Shown: in pieces, positions 1-10,700 of the stretch
Layout: each line of letters starts with the position of its first letter
Position numbering within the stretch: the first letter of the stretch is position 1
DNA from: an uncultured Clostridia bacterium
Lineage (GTDB): Bacteria > Bacillota > Clostridia > Christensenellales > UBA1242
Assembly: GCA_947630745.1 (NCBI GenBank)
Contig: CANRIT010000006.1
Location: 1,029 to 65,028, forward strand
Reading direction: 5' to 3'
Length of the DNA stretch: 64,000 bases
The notes under the pieces: model-generated
Told to the model about the DNA's origin: nothing
Databases searched by the model: none
Seen by the model: the letters and a program-made list of their open reading frames with translations, nothing else
Program-made: the position numbers and the translations under genes

Positions 1-387
1 AAGCAAAGTTTTGCCGCTGCCAGTTGGCCCAACCAAAAGAATGTTGGATTTTTCCAACTCCACCTGCTCAGAATTATTTTCCTTTTTAATCATGTTGTAA
101 TTAATGCGCTTGTAGTGGTTGTAAACAGACACGGCAAGAATTTTTTTAACCTCATCCTGCCCAATAACAAACTGGTCAAGCGCCTCTTTTATCTCTTGCG
201 GCTTTGGAAGGTCAATAAACTTTGATTGTTCGCTACCACGAGTTCGGTCGTTAAACGCCATAAGGTCGCGACAAATGTTTAAACAATCTTTGCAAATAAA
301 GCAATCGCCTTCTGGATTGCTGATTATGTCAGTTAATTCTCTTGCCGGACGCCCGCAAAACGAGCAAATGGTTTCTATCTCTTTCAA
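1..387 (-). CDS. clpX: ATP-dependent Clp protease ATP-binding subunit ClpX (N-terminal part, runs off the window)
   Basis: Manual translation from a TTG start after AGGAG: [13 protein letters not shown]...ICKDC (C4 zinc finger), ...[11 protein letters not shown]...[16 protein letters not shown] (Walker A). Lies downstream of tig and clpP. Confidence 0.95.
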   Translation of the reverse strand, partial: MKEIETICSFCGRPARELTDIISNPEGDCFICKDCLNICRDLMAFNDRTRGSEQSKFIDLPKPQEIKEALDQFVIGQDEVKKILAVSVYNHYKRINYNMIKKENNSEQVELEKSNILLVGPTGSGKTLL

Positions 388-456
388 AATATCTCCTATT
401 TATTATATTAGCAATAAAATAATTATTTAACACAAAACAAATTTAATACAAAATTT

Positions 457-795
457 TTAATCCTTAAAAATAATTTCTGGCGAATACTCGGTTGCTTGAA
501 GAATTTTGTTTTCTATTTTTAAAACTATTTGACCATTTTCATTGCTTTTTTGCCAAATATCTATTCTTTCTTTATCTTTCATAAAAGAATCCCATGCTTT
601 TTCCCTTTTTGCCAAATTTTCAAACCGCACAATATAGGTAAAAATATTGGATGCTTCGCCTATTACTGGTTGCAAAAATAATACAGGTGTTATTCCATGT
701 TTTTTAAATAAGCGAAGGGTGTGATTTTTAAATCTATTTTCCAAATCGCCCATTTTGTTAGGTGCAACTTCGTATCTTCTTAATTCGTATATCAT
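457..795 (-). CDS. NIPSNAP family protein
   Basis: MIYELRRYEV...F..H.LRLFKKHGI...Y...FENLAKREKAW.SF..D...IL..T.YSP pattern typical of NIPSNAP. Confidence 0.85.
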   Translation of the reverse strand: MIYELRRYEVAPNKMGDLENRFKNHTLRLFKKHGITPVLFLQPVIGEASNIFTYIVRFENLAKREKAWDSFMKDKERIDIWQKSNENGQIVLKIENKILQATEYSPEIIFKD

Positions 796-1265
796 AGATT
801 TGCTCCCTTTTTTGGTTTGCGCAATGTCTGTTTAACTTGCGAGTAGCCTAATTTTTGATAAAATTTTAGTGCATCAGCATTATTTGATAGGCATAAAAGT
901 TCAATTTCATAATCATCACCAAAATTTTTTGCCGCCCAGTTTTCAAATGCGTTTAAAAGTTGCCGACCCACCCCTTGATGCCTATAATTTTCATCAACAA
1001 AAAGTGTATCTACAAAAACGCGGTTTGTTGTTGTCCCATTACCTTTAAAGGTTTGAATGTATCCAAAAATATATCCAACAGGTTTATCCGCCACCGCATA
1101 TGCGGCAAAAAAGTTTTGATTTGCTAATTTGTTTTTATGAAAGCCTGTAACATTGGTATCTGGGTCGATTGAACTATCCAACCCCGATTCATATTCAATA
1201 AGTTTTTTCATAAAATAATCACAAATTTCAAAATCTTTTTCGTTTTTTGGAATGATTATGTTCAT
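792..1265 (-). CDS. GNAT family N-acetyltransferase
   Basis: LFVDENYRHQGVGRQLL acetyl-CoA-binding motif A and N.DALKFYQKLGY motif B. 4-nt overlap with the NIPSNAP gene. Confidence 0.9.
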   Translation of the reverse strand: MNIIIPKNEKDFEICDYFMKKLIEYESGLDSSIDPDTNVTGFHKNKLANQNFFAAYAVADKPVGYIFGYIQTFKGNGTTTNRVFVDTLFVDENYRHQGVGRQLLNAFENWAAKNFGDDYEIELLCLSNNADALKFYQKLGYSQVKQTLRKPKKGANL

Positions 1266-1442
1266 TTTACTTTATCCTTATTTTAAATATTCGACTTGTA
1301 ATTATTCTATCGAATTTTATCTATTTTCCTACAAATTTACCCACTTGCGCCTACTTACAAGAAGTCCTAGAGTGCAGTTTGCAAACTGGCTGATTAGAAA
1401 CAAGCAAGACAAGGCTAACCTATTTTACACAACTAATTTAAT

Positions 1443-1565
1443 AAACTAAATAGAAGCAAGTGAGGCAAGGCTCGAAATTCGGGTAACGAGGGAGTTTAGT
1501 CCCCCTAAATGACCGAGTTAGCCGAGTTTCAGTAAACGCAGCATCACGCCGCTTATATTTAGTTT
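1443..1565. repeat. About 120-nt imperfect palindromic (long hairpin) element, MITE/REP-like
   Basis: Nested inverted segments AAACTAAATA/TATTTAGTTT, AAGC/GCTT, GTGA/TCAC, GAAATTCGG/CCGAGTTTC, TAAC/GTTA and TTTAG/CTAAA. Abuts the clpP stop codon. Confidence 0.6.
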
Positions 1566-2145
1566 ATTTACGCTTTTCGAAAATCTTATCGACCAGACCA
1601 TACTTCAGAGCGGACTTCGCGTCTAGGAAGTTGTCGCGGTCGGTGTCCTTTTCTATGGTGGCAATGTCTTTGCCAGTGTTGTCGCTTAAAATTTTGTTAA
1701 GGTTTTCACGCGTTTTTTGAATGTGTTTAGCGTGAATTTCTATATCGCTAGCCTGCCCTTGCGCGCCGCCAAGTGGTTGGTGAATCATAACCTCGCTGTG
1801 TGGCAAGCAGATGCGTTTGCCCTTTGTTCCGCTACTTAAAATTACGGCTGCCATGCTAGCTGCCATGCCAATGCAAATGGTGGATACATCGCATTTGATG
1901 TATTTCATAGTGTCATAAATGGCAAGTCCGGCGGATACGCTGCCGCCCGGGCTGTTGATATACATAAAAATGTCTTTATCTGGATTTTTGCCTTCCAAAT
2001 AGATAAGTTGTGCAACCACGGTGTTGGCAACTTGGTCGGTAATTTCGCCAGTTAAGAAAATTATTCTGTCTTCAAGCAAGCGGGAATATATGTCGTAACT
2101 GCGCTCCATATTCCCCACTTGGTCAATAACCATAGGAATTAACAT
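1564..2145 (-). CDS. clpP: ATP-dependent Clp protease proteolytic subunit
   Basis: [32 protein letters not shown] (catalytic Ser), MIHQPLGG (His), DRD. Confidence 0.98.
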   Translation of the reverse strand: MLIPMVIDQVGNMERSYDIYSRLLEDRIIFLTGEITDQVANTVVAQLIYLEGKNPDKDIFMYINSPGGSVSAGLAIYDTMKYIKCDVSTICIGMAASMAAVILSSGTKGKRICLPHSEVMIHQPLGGAQGQASDIEIHAKHIQKTRENLNKILSDNTGKDIATIEKDTDRDNFLDAKSALKYGLVDKIFEKRK

Positions 2146-2163
2146 AAATATCTCCTTTTAAAA

Positions 2164-2631
2164 CTAAACATTATGTTCGGGTTGTTTTTGCAAATCGTTA
2201 TTTACAAGATAGATGACTTGCCTATCATCTTTCATGTTTGATGCATATTGTTTGCCGTCAGATAAAATGTCTTCTGCGTAAAGTTGGTCAATTACATACC
2301 AGTTTGTATCACTTTCAACCAGATATTCGCCTTCCACTTCATCCTTTTCTATTTTTTCTTCGCCATAGTTGGAAACAACCACTTTTGTTTCGGGATAATC
2401 TTGGGTGGCATTCCAAACAATTGTAAAGGTTTGTTTGTGGTGCGAATTTTCTTCGGTTATTTGGTCGGCGTGCGAATTATTTAATAGATAATTTAGCAAA
2501 TTTTTATCCAACATCACCAATTTGCCTGGATATTGCCTGTAATACTTAGCCAACCAATCTAGCGGACAAACATTTTTCGCAACATTCGCTTTTATATAGA
2601 AATCATCCACACTTATTATGTTCTTTTTCAT
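2164..2631 (-). CDS. hypothetical protein between tig and clpP
   Basis: 155-aa ORF with an AAGGAG RBS, packed tightly between tig and clpP. No recognised motif. Confidence 0.75.
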   Translation of the reverse strand: MKKNIISVDDFYIKANVAKNVCPLDWLAKYYRQYPGKLVMLDKNLLNYLLNNSHADQITEENSHHKQTFTIVWNATQDYPETKVVVSNYGEEKIEKDEVEGEYLVESDTNWYVIDQLYAEDILSDGKQYASNMKDDRQVIYLVNNDLQKQPEHNV

Positions 2632-2652
2632 GCTTTCTCCTTTATGGTGAGT

Positions 2653-3936
2653 TTATTTTATTGTGTTGTTGGCACGAAGGAAATCAACAATCTTTTTCAT
2701 AAGCAGTTCGTTGGCAATGCGGTTTACCATATCATTATTAACTTGCTTGCGGAATTCTTTTTCGTCCTGATTGGCTTCTTTTGCCATTTCTTGCACTCTT
2801 TTGTCGATATCTTTGTCGGTGATGTTTAAATTTTCGCTGTTAATAAGTTTTTCAAGCACCAATCTTGCCTTTACTGTGCGCGCGCTTTGGGTTTTTACTT
2901 CGCCCTTAAACTCGTCTTCACTTTTGCCTAAATATTTAAGGTAATCTTCAAACTTAATGCCTTGATAACTAAGTTGCTGTTTCATACCATTTATTTGGCG
3001 GTCAACTTCTTGGTCAACAAGTGTTTCTGGCACGGTAAGAGATGTGTCATCAATAAGTTTGTCAAGCATATCGTTGTCAAGTTCAAGTTCGGCACGGTCT
3101 TGCGCTTGTTTTGTTAACTTTTCTTTAACATCTTTTTTGTAATCTTCAACCGTTTCAAACTCAGTGGAATTTTTAACAAATTCTTCGTCAAGTTTTGGCA
3201 TGATGCGTTCGCGTATCTGCTTGATTTCAACCTTAAAGGTGGCAGGTTTGCCTTTTAAACTTTCTTCATGATAATCGCTTGGGAAAGTTACATTAACATC
3301 CTTTTTGTCGCCAACATTTAAGCCAACAAGCTGGTCTTCAAATGTGTCAATAAACGAATGGCTGCCAAGTTTAAGTTGATAATTTTCTGCCTTGCCGCCT
3401 TCAAACGCCTTGCCGTCAATAAATCCTTCAAAATCTAAGGTAACAGTGTCGTCCAACTTGGCTGGGGCTTTGCTTTCCACCAAGCGGGAAGAACGCATAA
3501 GTTCGCGATTAATTTGCTCTTCAACCGCTTTGGCATCAACCTCTTCAACTTTCTTTTCAAATGTCAAGCCTTTGTATGTAGCAAGTTCAAAATCTGGCAC
3601 ACATGGGATGGTTAGCACCATTTCAAGCCCGTCTTTATCAAACTTTTTGATGTCAAGTTTTGGGCTGTCAATTGGCTTAACCTCGTTATGCTCGCGCAAA
3701 ATTTGGGTGTAAGATTTATAATACACTTCATCCAATGCCTCGTTTACAAATGCGGTTGGACCATAATTTTGTTCAATAACCGAACGCGGAGCGTGACCCT
3801 TTCTAAACCCAGCGACCGAATATTTACCCTTGTTTTTTTCGTACGCGGAATTGTTGGCATCCTCCCACTCGCTGCTTGTGATTGAGATTTCTGCAACAAA
3901 ACTGCCGTCATCTTTTTTGGTTAAATTGTATTTCAT
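2653..3936 (-). CDS. tig: trigger factor
   Basis: GFRKGHAP ribosome-binding signature and FKBP domain (DFEGFIDGKAFEGGKAENYQLKLGS..FIDTFEDQL, VTFP.DYH). Confidence 0.97.
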   Translation of the reverse strand: MKYNLTKKDDGSFVAEISITSSEWEDANNSAYEKNKGKYSVAGFRKGHAPRSVIEQNYGPTAFVNEALDEVYYKSYTQILREHNEVKPIDSPKLDIKKFDKDGLEMVLTIPCVPDFELATYKGLTFEKKVEEVDAKAVEEQINRELMRSSRLVESKAPAKLDDTVTLDFEGFIDGKAFEGGKAENYQLKLGSHSFIDTFEDQLVGLNVGDKKDVNVTFPSDYHEESLKGKPATFKVEIKQIRERIMPKLDEEFVKNSTEFETVEDYKKDVKEKLTKQAQDRAELELDNDMLDKLIDDTSLTVPETLVDQEVDRQINGMKQQLSYQGIKFEDYLKYLGKSEDEFKGEVKTQSARTVKARLVLEKLINSENLNITDKDIDKRVQEMAKEANQDEKEFRKQVNNDMVNRIANELLMKKIVDFLRANNTIK

Positions 3937-3965
3937 ATTAAGTATTCTCCTTTTTAAACTTACCT

Positions 3966-3994
3966 ATTGTAACACATAAAAAAATAAAAAGCAA
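3966..3994 (-). promoter_or_regulatory. sigma70/SigA-type promoter of tig
   Basis: Minus strand TTGCTT-17 nt-TACAAT with an extended TG. Confidence 0.6.
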
Positions 3995-4118
3995 CTATTT
4001 TTGCCTTTTAAATTTTTATACTATTAAATAATATTTTATATAATTTTCTATTTTTATAAAAATATGTTGATAATTTCTGTTTCTATGATAAAATAGTTAT
4101 GATTAAAAAGGAGAAAAT

Positions 4119-4622
4119 ATGAAAGTACACAAATATGACATATTGCAAATAAGTAAGTTTGAAGATGAAATTGTTTTTTCAGTGATTTCAAATGGATTAA
4201 GAAACGATTTTAACGCAAAAAAAATTGAATCCTCAGAGAACACTGATGCGTATAATATTTTAAACTTTTTAAGCACATTTGAAATTATTGCTAACAAATA
4301 TGGCAACTATTCGTTGGACTTTATTGATAAAGTTAACTATGCGCTTAAAACACTTGAGTTTTTTCAGTTGAGCAAGGAAGCAGTTATTGTTCGCACAAAA
4401 AAGCAAGGCGTAAAAGACTTTTTAACCCATAAGTTAATAAATTACACAAATGAGCATATGAACTCTTGCGCCACCACAGAAATTCGTGGCTTAGAGGGAG
4501 CCCCATTATATCAGTTAGATTTTAGAGGGAAAAATGGTTTTAAACACTTTGTGCGCGCGTTTGAAGATGCGTATCAAAATGATTTAAGCAACAAAAGTGT
4601 TGATTTTCAAAATATTAATTAA
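4119..4622 (+). CDS. hypothetical protein
   Basis: 167-aa ORF with AAGGAG RBS, upstream TTGATA..TGaTAAAAT promoter and downstream terminator. Confidence 0.8.
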   Translation: MKVHKYDILQISKFEDEIVFSVISNGLRNDFNAKKIESSENTDAYNILNFLSTFEIIANKYGNYSLDFIDKVNYALKTLEFFQLSKEAVIVRTKKQGVKDFLTHKLINYTNEHMNSCATTEIRGLEGAPLYQLDFRGKNGFKHFVRAFEDAYQNDLSNKSVDFQNIN

Positions 4623-4644
4623 GGCGCAAAATGCGTCTTTTTTT
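4621..4644 (+). terminator. intrinsic terminator
   Basis: AAGGCGCA-AAA-TGCGTCTT hairpin followed by a T run. Confidence 0.7.
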
Positions 4645-4720
4645 ATTTAATAAATAACCTATTTATTATTTAATATATAACCTATAAAATAAAAAAAAAA
4701 CCGACATTAAACAACATCGG

Positions 4721-5065
4721 TTATAAAAGTGAAAGTATTGCAACAAGCACAATCAGCCCAGCGGCAAAATAAAACAATGCCTCTAGCCTATGCTTTTTTT
4801 TGATAAGTGAATGTTTTAAACTTAAATTAACAATATACTCTTCCTTTTCTGGCGTGGCGTCAAACTGTTCTAGCATGTCGCTTGCCTTGTTGATTTGCGC
4901 GTTAAACCTATCCAGCATATAAAACAAAAACATAACAAGCGCGGTTGCCAAAAACATAAAGCCAAAAAACAGGCAAATTTTGTTTGTGTTGCCAAAAGCA
5001 AAAAATATAAAAGTTATAAATAAACTCACCACACTGGCGGTGAGTTTAAGATTAAATTTTTTCAT
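4721..5065 (-). CDS. hypothetical membrane protein
   Basis: Three hydrophobic segments. Likely start MKKFNLK immediately after the upstream gene's stop. Confidence 0.7.
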   Translation of the reverse strand: MKKFNLKLTASVVSLFITFIFFAFGNTNKICLFFGFMFLATALVMFLFYMLDRFNAQINKASDMLEQFDATPEKEEYIVNLSLKHSLIKKKHRLEALFYFAAGLIVLVAILSLL

Positions 5066-5066
5066 C

Positions 5067-5345
5067 CTACAAAGCAATACCAAGAACAAGGAATACGATA
5101 ATTACGATTACAAAAATAACATAAGCAATCATCCAACCAATGCTCTTTCTTGATTTTGCGTACCAGAAAGCAAACACAGCAGTTATTGCGTAAGCGATGA
5201 TTTGTGCAATTAATGTAAGCGCACTAGCAAGTGTGCTGCCAGCAGCCCAACTTACGTGGTTGAAGATTTGAACCAAAATCAAAGCCACAGCAATAAATGC
5301 AATTGCAATATAAGACAAGAAATTTACAACTGATTTACCCTTCAT
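5067..5345 (-). CDS. small hypothetical membrane protein (3 TM)
   Basis: GGAGG RBS and three hydrophobic helices. Confidence 0.8.
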   Translation of the reverse strand: MKGKSVVNFLSYIAIAFIAVALILVQIFNHVSWAAGSTLASALTLIAQIIAYAITAVFAFWYAKSRKSIGWMIAYVIFVIVIIVFLVLGIAL

Positions 5346-5547
5346 TTTAATCCTCCAAATTTATTATAACACAAAAAATTTTTGTTACAAACTATTTTAT
5401 GCCACTTTTTTGTTTTTTATTATTTTAATTTTTTGTATTTTGAATATTTAATTATCATTTTTAACTTATAATTTATTATTAAGATTTATTTAATTAGTAA
5501 TTATAACTATTTTTTTAATTAAAAATCTATATAAAAGCAAACAACTT

Positions 5548-6432
5548 TTAATCTAATTTATTTAGCACATCGGCAAAATATTTTGGAAGGGGCAATTCAA
5601 ATGACATAAGTTTGTTGGTTGTTGGGTGGATAAATTCCAGCTTATAAGCAAACAAAAGTTGACCGCTGGTTTTTATGGCTTTGTCCACCCCACCATACAA
5701 TGTGTCACCCACAATTGGATGGTTTATGTGTTTTAGGTGGGCGCGTATTTGATGAGTGCGGCCAGTGGTTAGTTGGCAGTTTAGCAGTGTGTAGTGGCTA
5801 TAAACCTTATCGATTGTAAATATGGTTTTGCTGTATTTGCCTCCTGGTTGGATGCTCATCTGCTGGCGATTTTTTGGGTTGCGGGCAAGGTTGCCTTCCA
5901 CAACAAAATCGTCCTTTATTCTACCTTTTATAAGCGCTTTGTACTGCCTATTTAGCGTTTTATCTTTAAGTTGGGCGGATAGATTTTTGTGCGCCTCGTC
6001 CGTTTTTGCCACCACCATAAGCCCGCCCGTGTCTTTATCCAGCCTATGCACAATGCCCGGGCGCAACACGCCGTTGATTGAAGAAAGGTTTTTTATGTGA
6101 TACACAAGCGCGTTTACAAGCGTGTGCTGCTTTGTTGTGTTGCATGGATGAACAACCAAGCCAACTTGTTTGTTTATTACAAGCAAACTGTCGTCTTCGT
6201 ACACAATGTCAAGCGGAATATCTTCCGCCCCCGCATCAATTTGTTTTGGCGGCTTTATTGAAACAGAAATTTTGTCGCCCGCCGCTAACTTATACCCCGC
6301 TTTTACCCGCTTGCCGTTAACCAACACATCGCCCGCATCAATAAGCGTTTTTAAATAACTGCGGGTGTAATTTAGCTGTGTGGTTAAAAACACATCAAGC
6401 CGCTTAGGAATATTGTCAAACAAAATTTCCAT
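5548..6432 (-). CDS. rluD: RluA/RluD family 23S rRNA pseudouridine synthase
   Basis: N-terminal S4 domain (RLDVFL), RPGIVHRLDKDTGGL catalytic motif, TGRTHQIRAH. Follows lspA. Start set at MEILFD. Confidence 0.9.
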   Translation of the reverse strand: MEILFDNIPKRLDVFLTTQLNYTRSYLKTLIDAGDVLVNGKRVKAGYKLAAGDKISVSIKPPKQIDAGAEDIPLDIVYEDDSLLVINKQVGLVVHPCNTTKQHTLVNALVYHIKNLSSINGVLRPGIVHRLDKDTGGLMVVAKTDEAHKNLSAQLKDKTLNRQYKALIKGRIKDDFVVEGNLARNPKNRQQMSIQPGGKYSKTIFTIDKVYSHYTLLNCQLTTGRTHQIRAHLKHINHPIVGDTLYGGVDKAIKTSGQLLFAYKLEFIHPTTNKLMSFELPLPKYFADVLNKLD

Positions 6433-6434
6433 AC

Positions 6435-6896
6435 TTATTCCGCCCGCTTTGGCATAACAAACAAAATGTGTATCGCCAAAATAACCACGCCTATGCTTAA
6501 ACACAGGTCTGCCAAATTAAAGGTTGGAAAGGTGCGCAAAATGTCCAAATAAATCCAATCGCGCACATAGCCAAGCATAACGCGGTCAACCAAATTGCCA
6601 ACTGCCCCGCCAATTGTAAGCCCAAAACCTATGCAATATGCCACATTGTTGCAACGCGCAAAATAGTTAAAGATAAACAGCCCAATAAGCAAAACCGAAC
6701 TTACAATAATAAGCAGCATGGTTTTGTTGCTAAAAATGCCAAACGCTGCCCCGCTGTTTCCCCCATTTGACGACACTGAAATTATGTTTGGAATAAGGTT
6801 GAAATAATCCACACTAAATAAAAAATGTTTGGTGGTTAAATCCGCCACCAAAACAAGCACAATTGTAAAGATTATTGTAAGCCATTTTTTCAACAC
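6435..6896 (-). CDS. lspA: lipoprotein signal peptidase II
   Basis: NSGAAFGIF, GGAVGNLVDR, GYVRDWI, FNLAD motifs. Confidence 0.95.
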   Translation of the reverse strand: MLKKWLTIIFTIVLVLVADLTTKHFLFSVDYFNLIPNIISVSSNGGNSGAAFGIFSNKTMLLIIVSSVLLIGLFIFNYFARCNNVAYCIGFGLTIGGAVGNLVDRVMLGYVRDWIYLDILRTFPTFNLADLCLSIGVVILAIHILFVMPKRAE

Positions 6897-6921
6897 AAAA
6901 TCTCCAATTTAAATGAATTTA

Positions 6922-7362
6922 CTAATTGTTTTCGCCCTCGTCCGGCTTTAAAATTTTTCTACCCTCTGGGGTAAGCAAAAACAAGTCGCCATACCAGCGG
7001 TGAATACTGCCATTTAAACCATATATTGCGCCCGACAAAAAGTCTAATATGCGCGCTGAATCACCTGCGGAAATAGCCTCCAAATTAACAGCAACCGTCT
7101 GCCCTTGCTTTAGATAGTCAACCACTTGTTGAATTTCCTTATTATTCTTTGGTTCAACAATAATTATGTTGCTTTCTGGCTGCAAGTTAAAATTTAAGTT
7201 GCCCGCGCCCATATTTGTGGTTGGCGCATTGTTGGTTTCCCCTGCAACATGCTCGTGCATATTAAAATTGGCGTATTTATCGTCCGCAACCGCTGTTTTG
7301 GATTTTTTGGAATTTTTATCTTCAAAACCCAAGCCGTGCATAACCCAATTTATAAACCCCAT
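6922..7362 (-). CDS. sepF: cell division protein SepF
   Basis: V.VNLE....SARILDFLSGAIYGLNGSI......FLLTP. Confidence 0.92.
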   Translation of the reverse strand: MGFINWVMHGLGFEDKNSKKSKTAVADDKYANFNMHEHVAGETNNAPTTNMGAGNLNFNLQPESNIIIVEPKNNKEIQQVVDYLKQGQTVAVNLEAISAGDSARILDFLSGAIYGLNGSIHRWYGDLFLLTPEGRKILKPDEGENN

Positions 7363-7371
7363 TTTGCCACC

Positions 7372-7617
7372 CTAGTCTTCAAAAATTTGTTTGCGCAAAA
7401 GATTGTACTCTTGGTCAGTGGCAATGTTAAACTCTTTAACCACGCGCTCATAGATAGCAATAACATTTTTGTTTGTGGTTTTGGCTTTTGCCTTTTCCAA
7501 CATCTTTTCTGCAATTTTAATTGCGTCTTGCCTACTGTTGTGGATATCAATGCCAACGATAGTTTCAATAATATCCATACATTTATTTTCAAATTCTTCT
7601 ATTTCTTTGTCCGTCAT
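7372..7617 (-). CDS. small hypothetical protein, first gene of the sepF-lspA-rluD operon
   Basis: AAGGAG RBS and TTGACA-17-TAAAAT promoter upstream. Helical charged protein. Confidence 0.75.
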   Translation of the reverse strand: MTDKEIEEFENKCMDIIETIVGIDIHNSRQDAIKIAEKMLEKAKAKTTNKNVIAIYERVVKEFNIATDQEYNLLRKQIFED

Positions 7618-7673
7618 ACAAATCTCCTTACTTTAATTTTAATATAATATTTAACATTTGTCAACAAATTATC

Positions 7674-7702
7674 AAAAAAAGCAGAAAATTTCTGCCTTTT
7701 TT
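7674..7702. terminator. bidirectional intrinsic terminator downstream of the giant gene
   Basis: A7-GCAGAAA-A-TTTCTGC followed by a T run. Confidence 0.7.
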
Positions 7703-7729
7703 GTTTTTTTTAAAAACAATAACCGTTTT

Positions 7730-10700
7730 TTACTGGATTTGTTTGTTGTAGCTTATTGAAATGTCATATGTTTGCCCATTTACAGAAATTGTGAATCTTA
7801 ATGTAACTGAATTTGCGCTGTGCTCTGTAAAGTATTTATTTAATGCTTCCACTGAAACGGATATGGTTTTATCGTTGTTATTTATTGTTACATTATCTTC
7901 ACCAGTAATTGGGTTGTCTTCTTTTGCTGTAATTGTTATTTCGCCAGAATAGCCGTTTGAAGTCAATTCGCCATTATTCATCTTCCACTCTGTAAACACA
8001 TTGGTGGACACATCAAAAGTGATTTGGCTTGAGCTTGTTGCTACTTGCTGGTTGAAACTTGGAGATTTTACCGCGATGATTGAGTCGCTTTCGCTTTCAA
8101 TTACATAGAAGGTTTTGGTGTTTGTGTACAGCGAATTTTCACTTTCATCTGAAAGTTTGTATGTTATAGTGTGAATTGGATATGTTTTGTCACCAAGTGT
8201 GTAGGTTTTTTCAACTTGACTATTATATTCTGCTGTAATTGAGCCATTGCCGCTATTTACTTTTACCCAAGTGGTTTCGCCATTGTTTCCGCCAGTTTTG
8301 TAAATGCCTAAAATTTCTGTTTGGTCAGTGGTTGATGTGAATATCTCGCTTGCTTTGTGCAAGGTTGTGGCTTTGGCAACAATTTCGTTTTGGGTGTACA
8401 AACTGAATGTGTTGTCGGATAAGCTGATTTGATTGCCATTTAATTCAATAACCAGTTTGCAATTTAGTCTGCCGTTGAATATCGCGCTGTCCCCACTTAA
8501 ATCAACACCTAAAACAACTTCGTTGTTGACTTCAAATGGCTTGATTTCATAAGACTCTTTAAGTCCGTCCGCCACACCGCTGGATGAATCTAGTTTGCTA
8601 CCGTTATCTCCAACAAATTTTAGGCTGCTGTTTTGACCAATAAGCGCGTTTGCAAAAGTGAGATAGTCGTTAATATTGATGTCGGTTGCAAGGGTAAACA
8701 AAACATTTACACTGTCTAGTTTCGCATATTCTGGAATGGTCAAAGTGTATTGTTTATCTTGCTGATATAGTTCTCCGTCAGTTTTTACTTGATGAGTTAT
8801 CTTGTTAAATTCAGAGTCAACATCAAAATAATCAGTTTGCTCAGTGGCAGTATTTTCCCAGCGTTTTGTTTCTTTATTGTAGACATATTTGCTGCTGTTA
8901 AATTCAAGTTGTTGTTTAAGCTCATTGTTATCATAAATCAAAGTGAATACCGCTTGTTTTGTATCCCTTGCTTGCACTTCGCTTGCAGTGTAGGTTTGTT
9001 TAAAGTAAGTAAGTGGCAAAACTGTTTTATTTTCTTCCCCACTGCTTGAAATTAATCCGTTATCAACATCAACTGAATTGTATTTGTGGTCTTCTACCGT
9101 GTTAAAGTCGCTAATATAATTTATGCCTTTTAATTTGTATGCAACATAGTAGTCAGCTGTTTTAACATTTTCGTTTGTAGAGTCAAAGCCAATGTAGGTT
9201 ATCCATGTTTTGTAAACCACATATGCGTCATTAATTGAAGTTGCTGGCAAGGTTATGGTTGGGATTGAATTTTTAGAAATATCTAACGATTGTTGTTCGC
9301 CATAACTTAAACTGCCTAGACTACTTGTACTCCAAGCGGATGAAGATATTATTGCGTATTGGTAATTTAATTGCAATTTTTTGTTGTCATCTAAATCCGC
9401 ATTTATTGTTAGCGTTAAACCAGTGTTTGCAGTTGCATCATTGTTGTTTTTAGCAAGGCTTATTGTTGTGCCTGCCTTAAAGCCATTTCCATCGCCAATT
9501 GGGGTTGATATGCTTTCCACGCCTACATAGCCTTGAATTTTAATCCTTAACTGCTGACTATTAGTTGTGTCGTGAGATGTGGTTAAGAAGGTAAATGTAT
9601 ATTCGCCATTGTTGTTAATATCTTTTGCAAAGGTAATTTTTCCGTCAGCATAACTAATGCCTAAATCGTCCCCATTACTTATGGTTACATTGTTTAGATA
9701 TTCTTGCAAACTTACTTCCCTACTTGAATCAGATTTATCCAATCTGCAAGCAACAATTTGATAAGTTTTGTTGTCATTACCATATGTGTAAGATTGAGTT
9801 ATATCCCAACTGTATGGTAGACTTGGATTGCTTGATAAGAATTTGTAGTTTGCAACAAGTCCGGTATCAGTGCCAATTTCTTTATAATCGTTGTCACCTT
9901 GTTTAAAGAACAAACTTACCCCGCGCTTAACTGTAAAGTCGCAATTTGCTTGTTGGTCGATTATAATTTGAGTGTTTTCGTCAAAGGTGTATTTAACATT
10001 AATTTTTAGGTGTACTTTTACATCTTGCAAAAGGGTGTTAAGTTTAAGCGCGTTATCGTTGCCAATAGTGGTTGAGCTGAACACATGGCTTAAATCAAAG
10101 CTTGAACTGCCACCATTGTTTAGGTTGGCTGAACTATCTTGCATGTCGATTTCGTAACTTAATTTATCAATCTTTCCACTTTCGCCAGTGTTAAAGGTGT
10201 AATTATAGATTTCGCCCAAATTTATGCTGTTTTCCGAATAGCCATAAACGTCAGTAAGTTTCCCTGCGTTAACGCTTTCCTTTACATTAAACAGATAAAT
10301 TCTAAAGCCAGATTCAATTTTGCTGTTGCCGTACATGGTAAGTTGCAATGCGGCAATTTCGATTTTGCTGCCAGAATTTCTGGACAAATCTAAGTAAATT
10401 GAATTGTCGTTTTTGTAAGTGATTGTAAATGTTAAAGGTTGAATTGTAAATTCATATTGCACAATAACATCGTTGTCAACAATTTCACTATCATCGCCCG
10501 TTCTTCTTGTAATTTCGCTGCTAACTTGAGTGAGTGCGCCGTCTTTGGATGTTAGTGCTTGCAAATCGGTTATGTGGAAGACATTTGCATCGCCATCCCT
10601 AACCTGACCAATAACTTTGCCGTATTTTTCACCGTCACCAGACAATTTGAATGAATCGTTGTCATTATCGTCTATAATAAGCGAAACATAATTAAATGCA

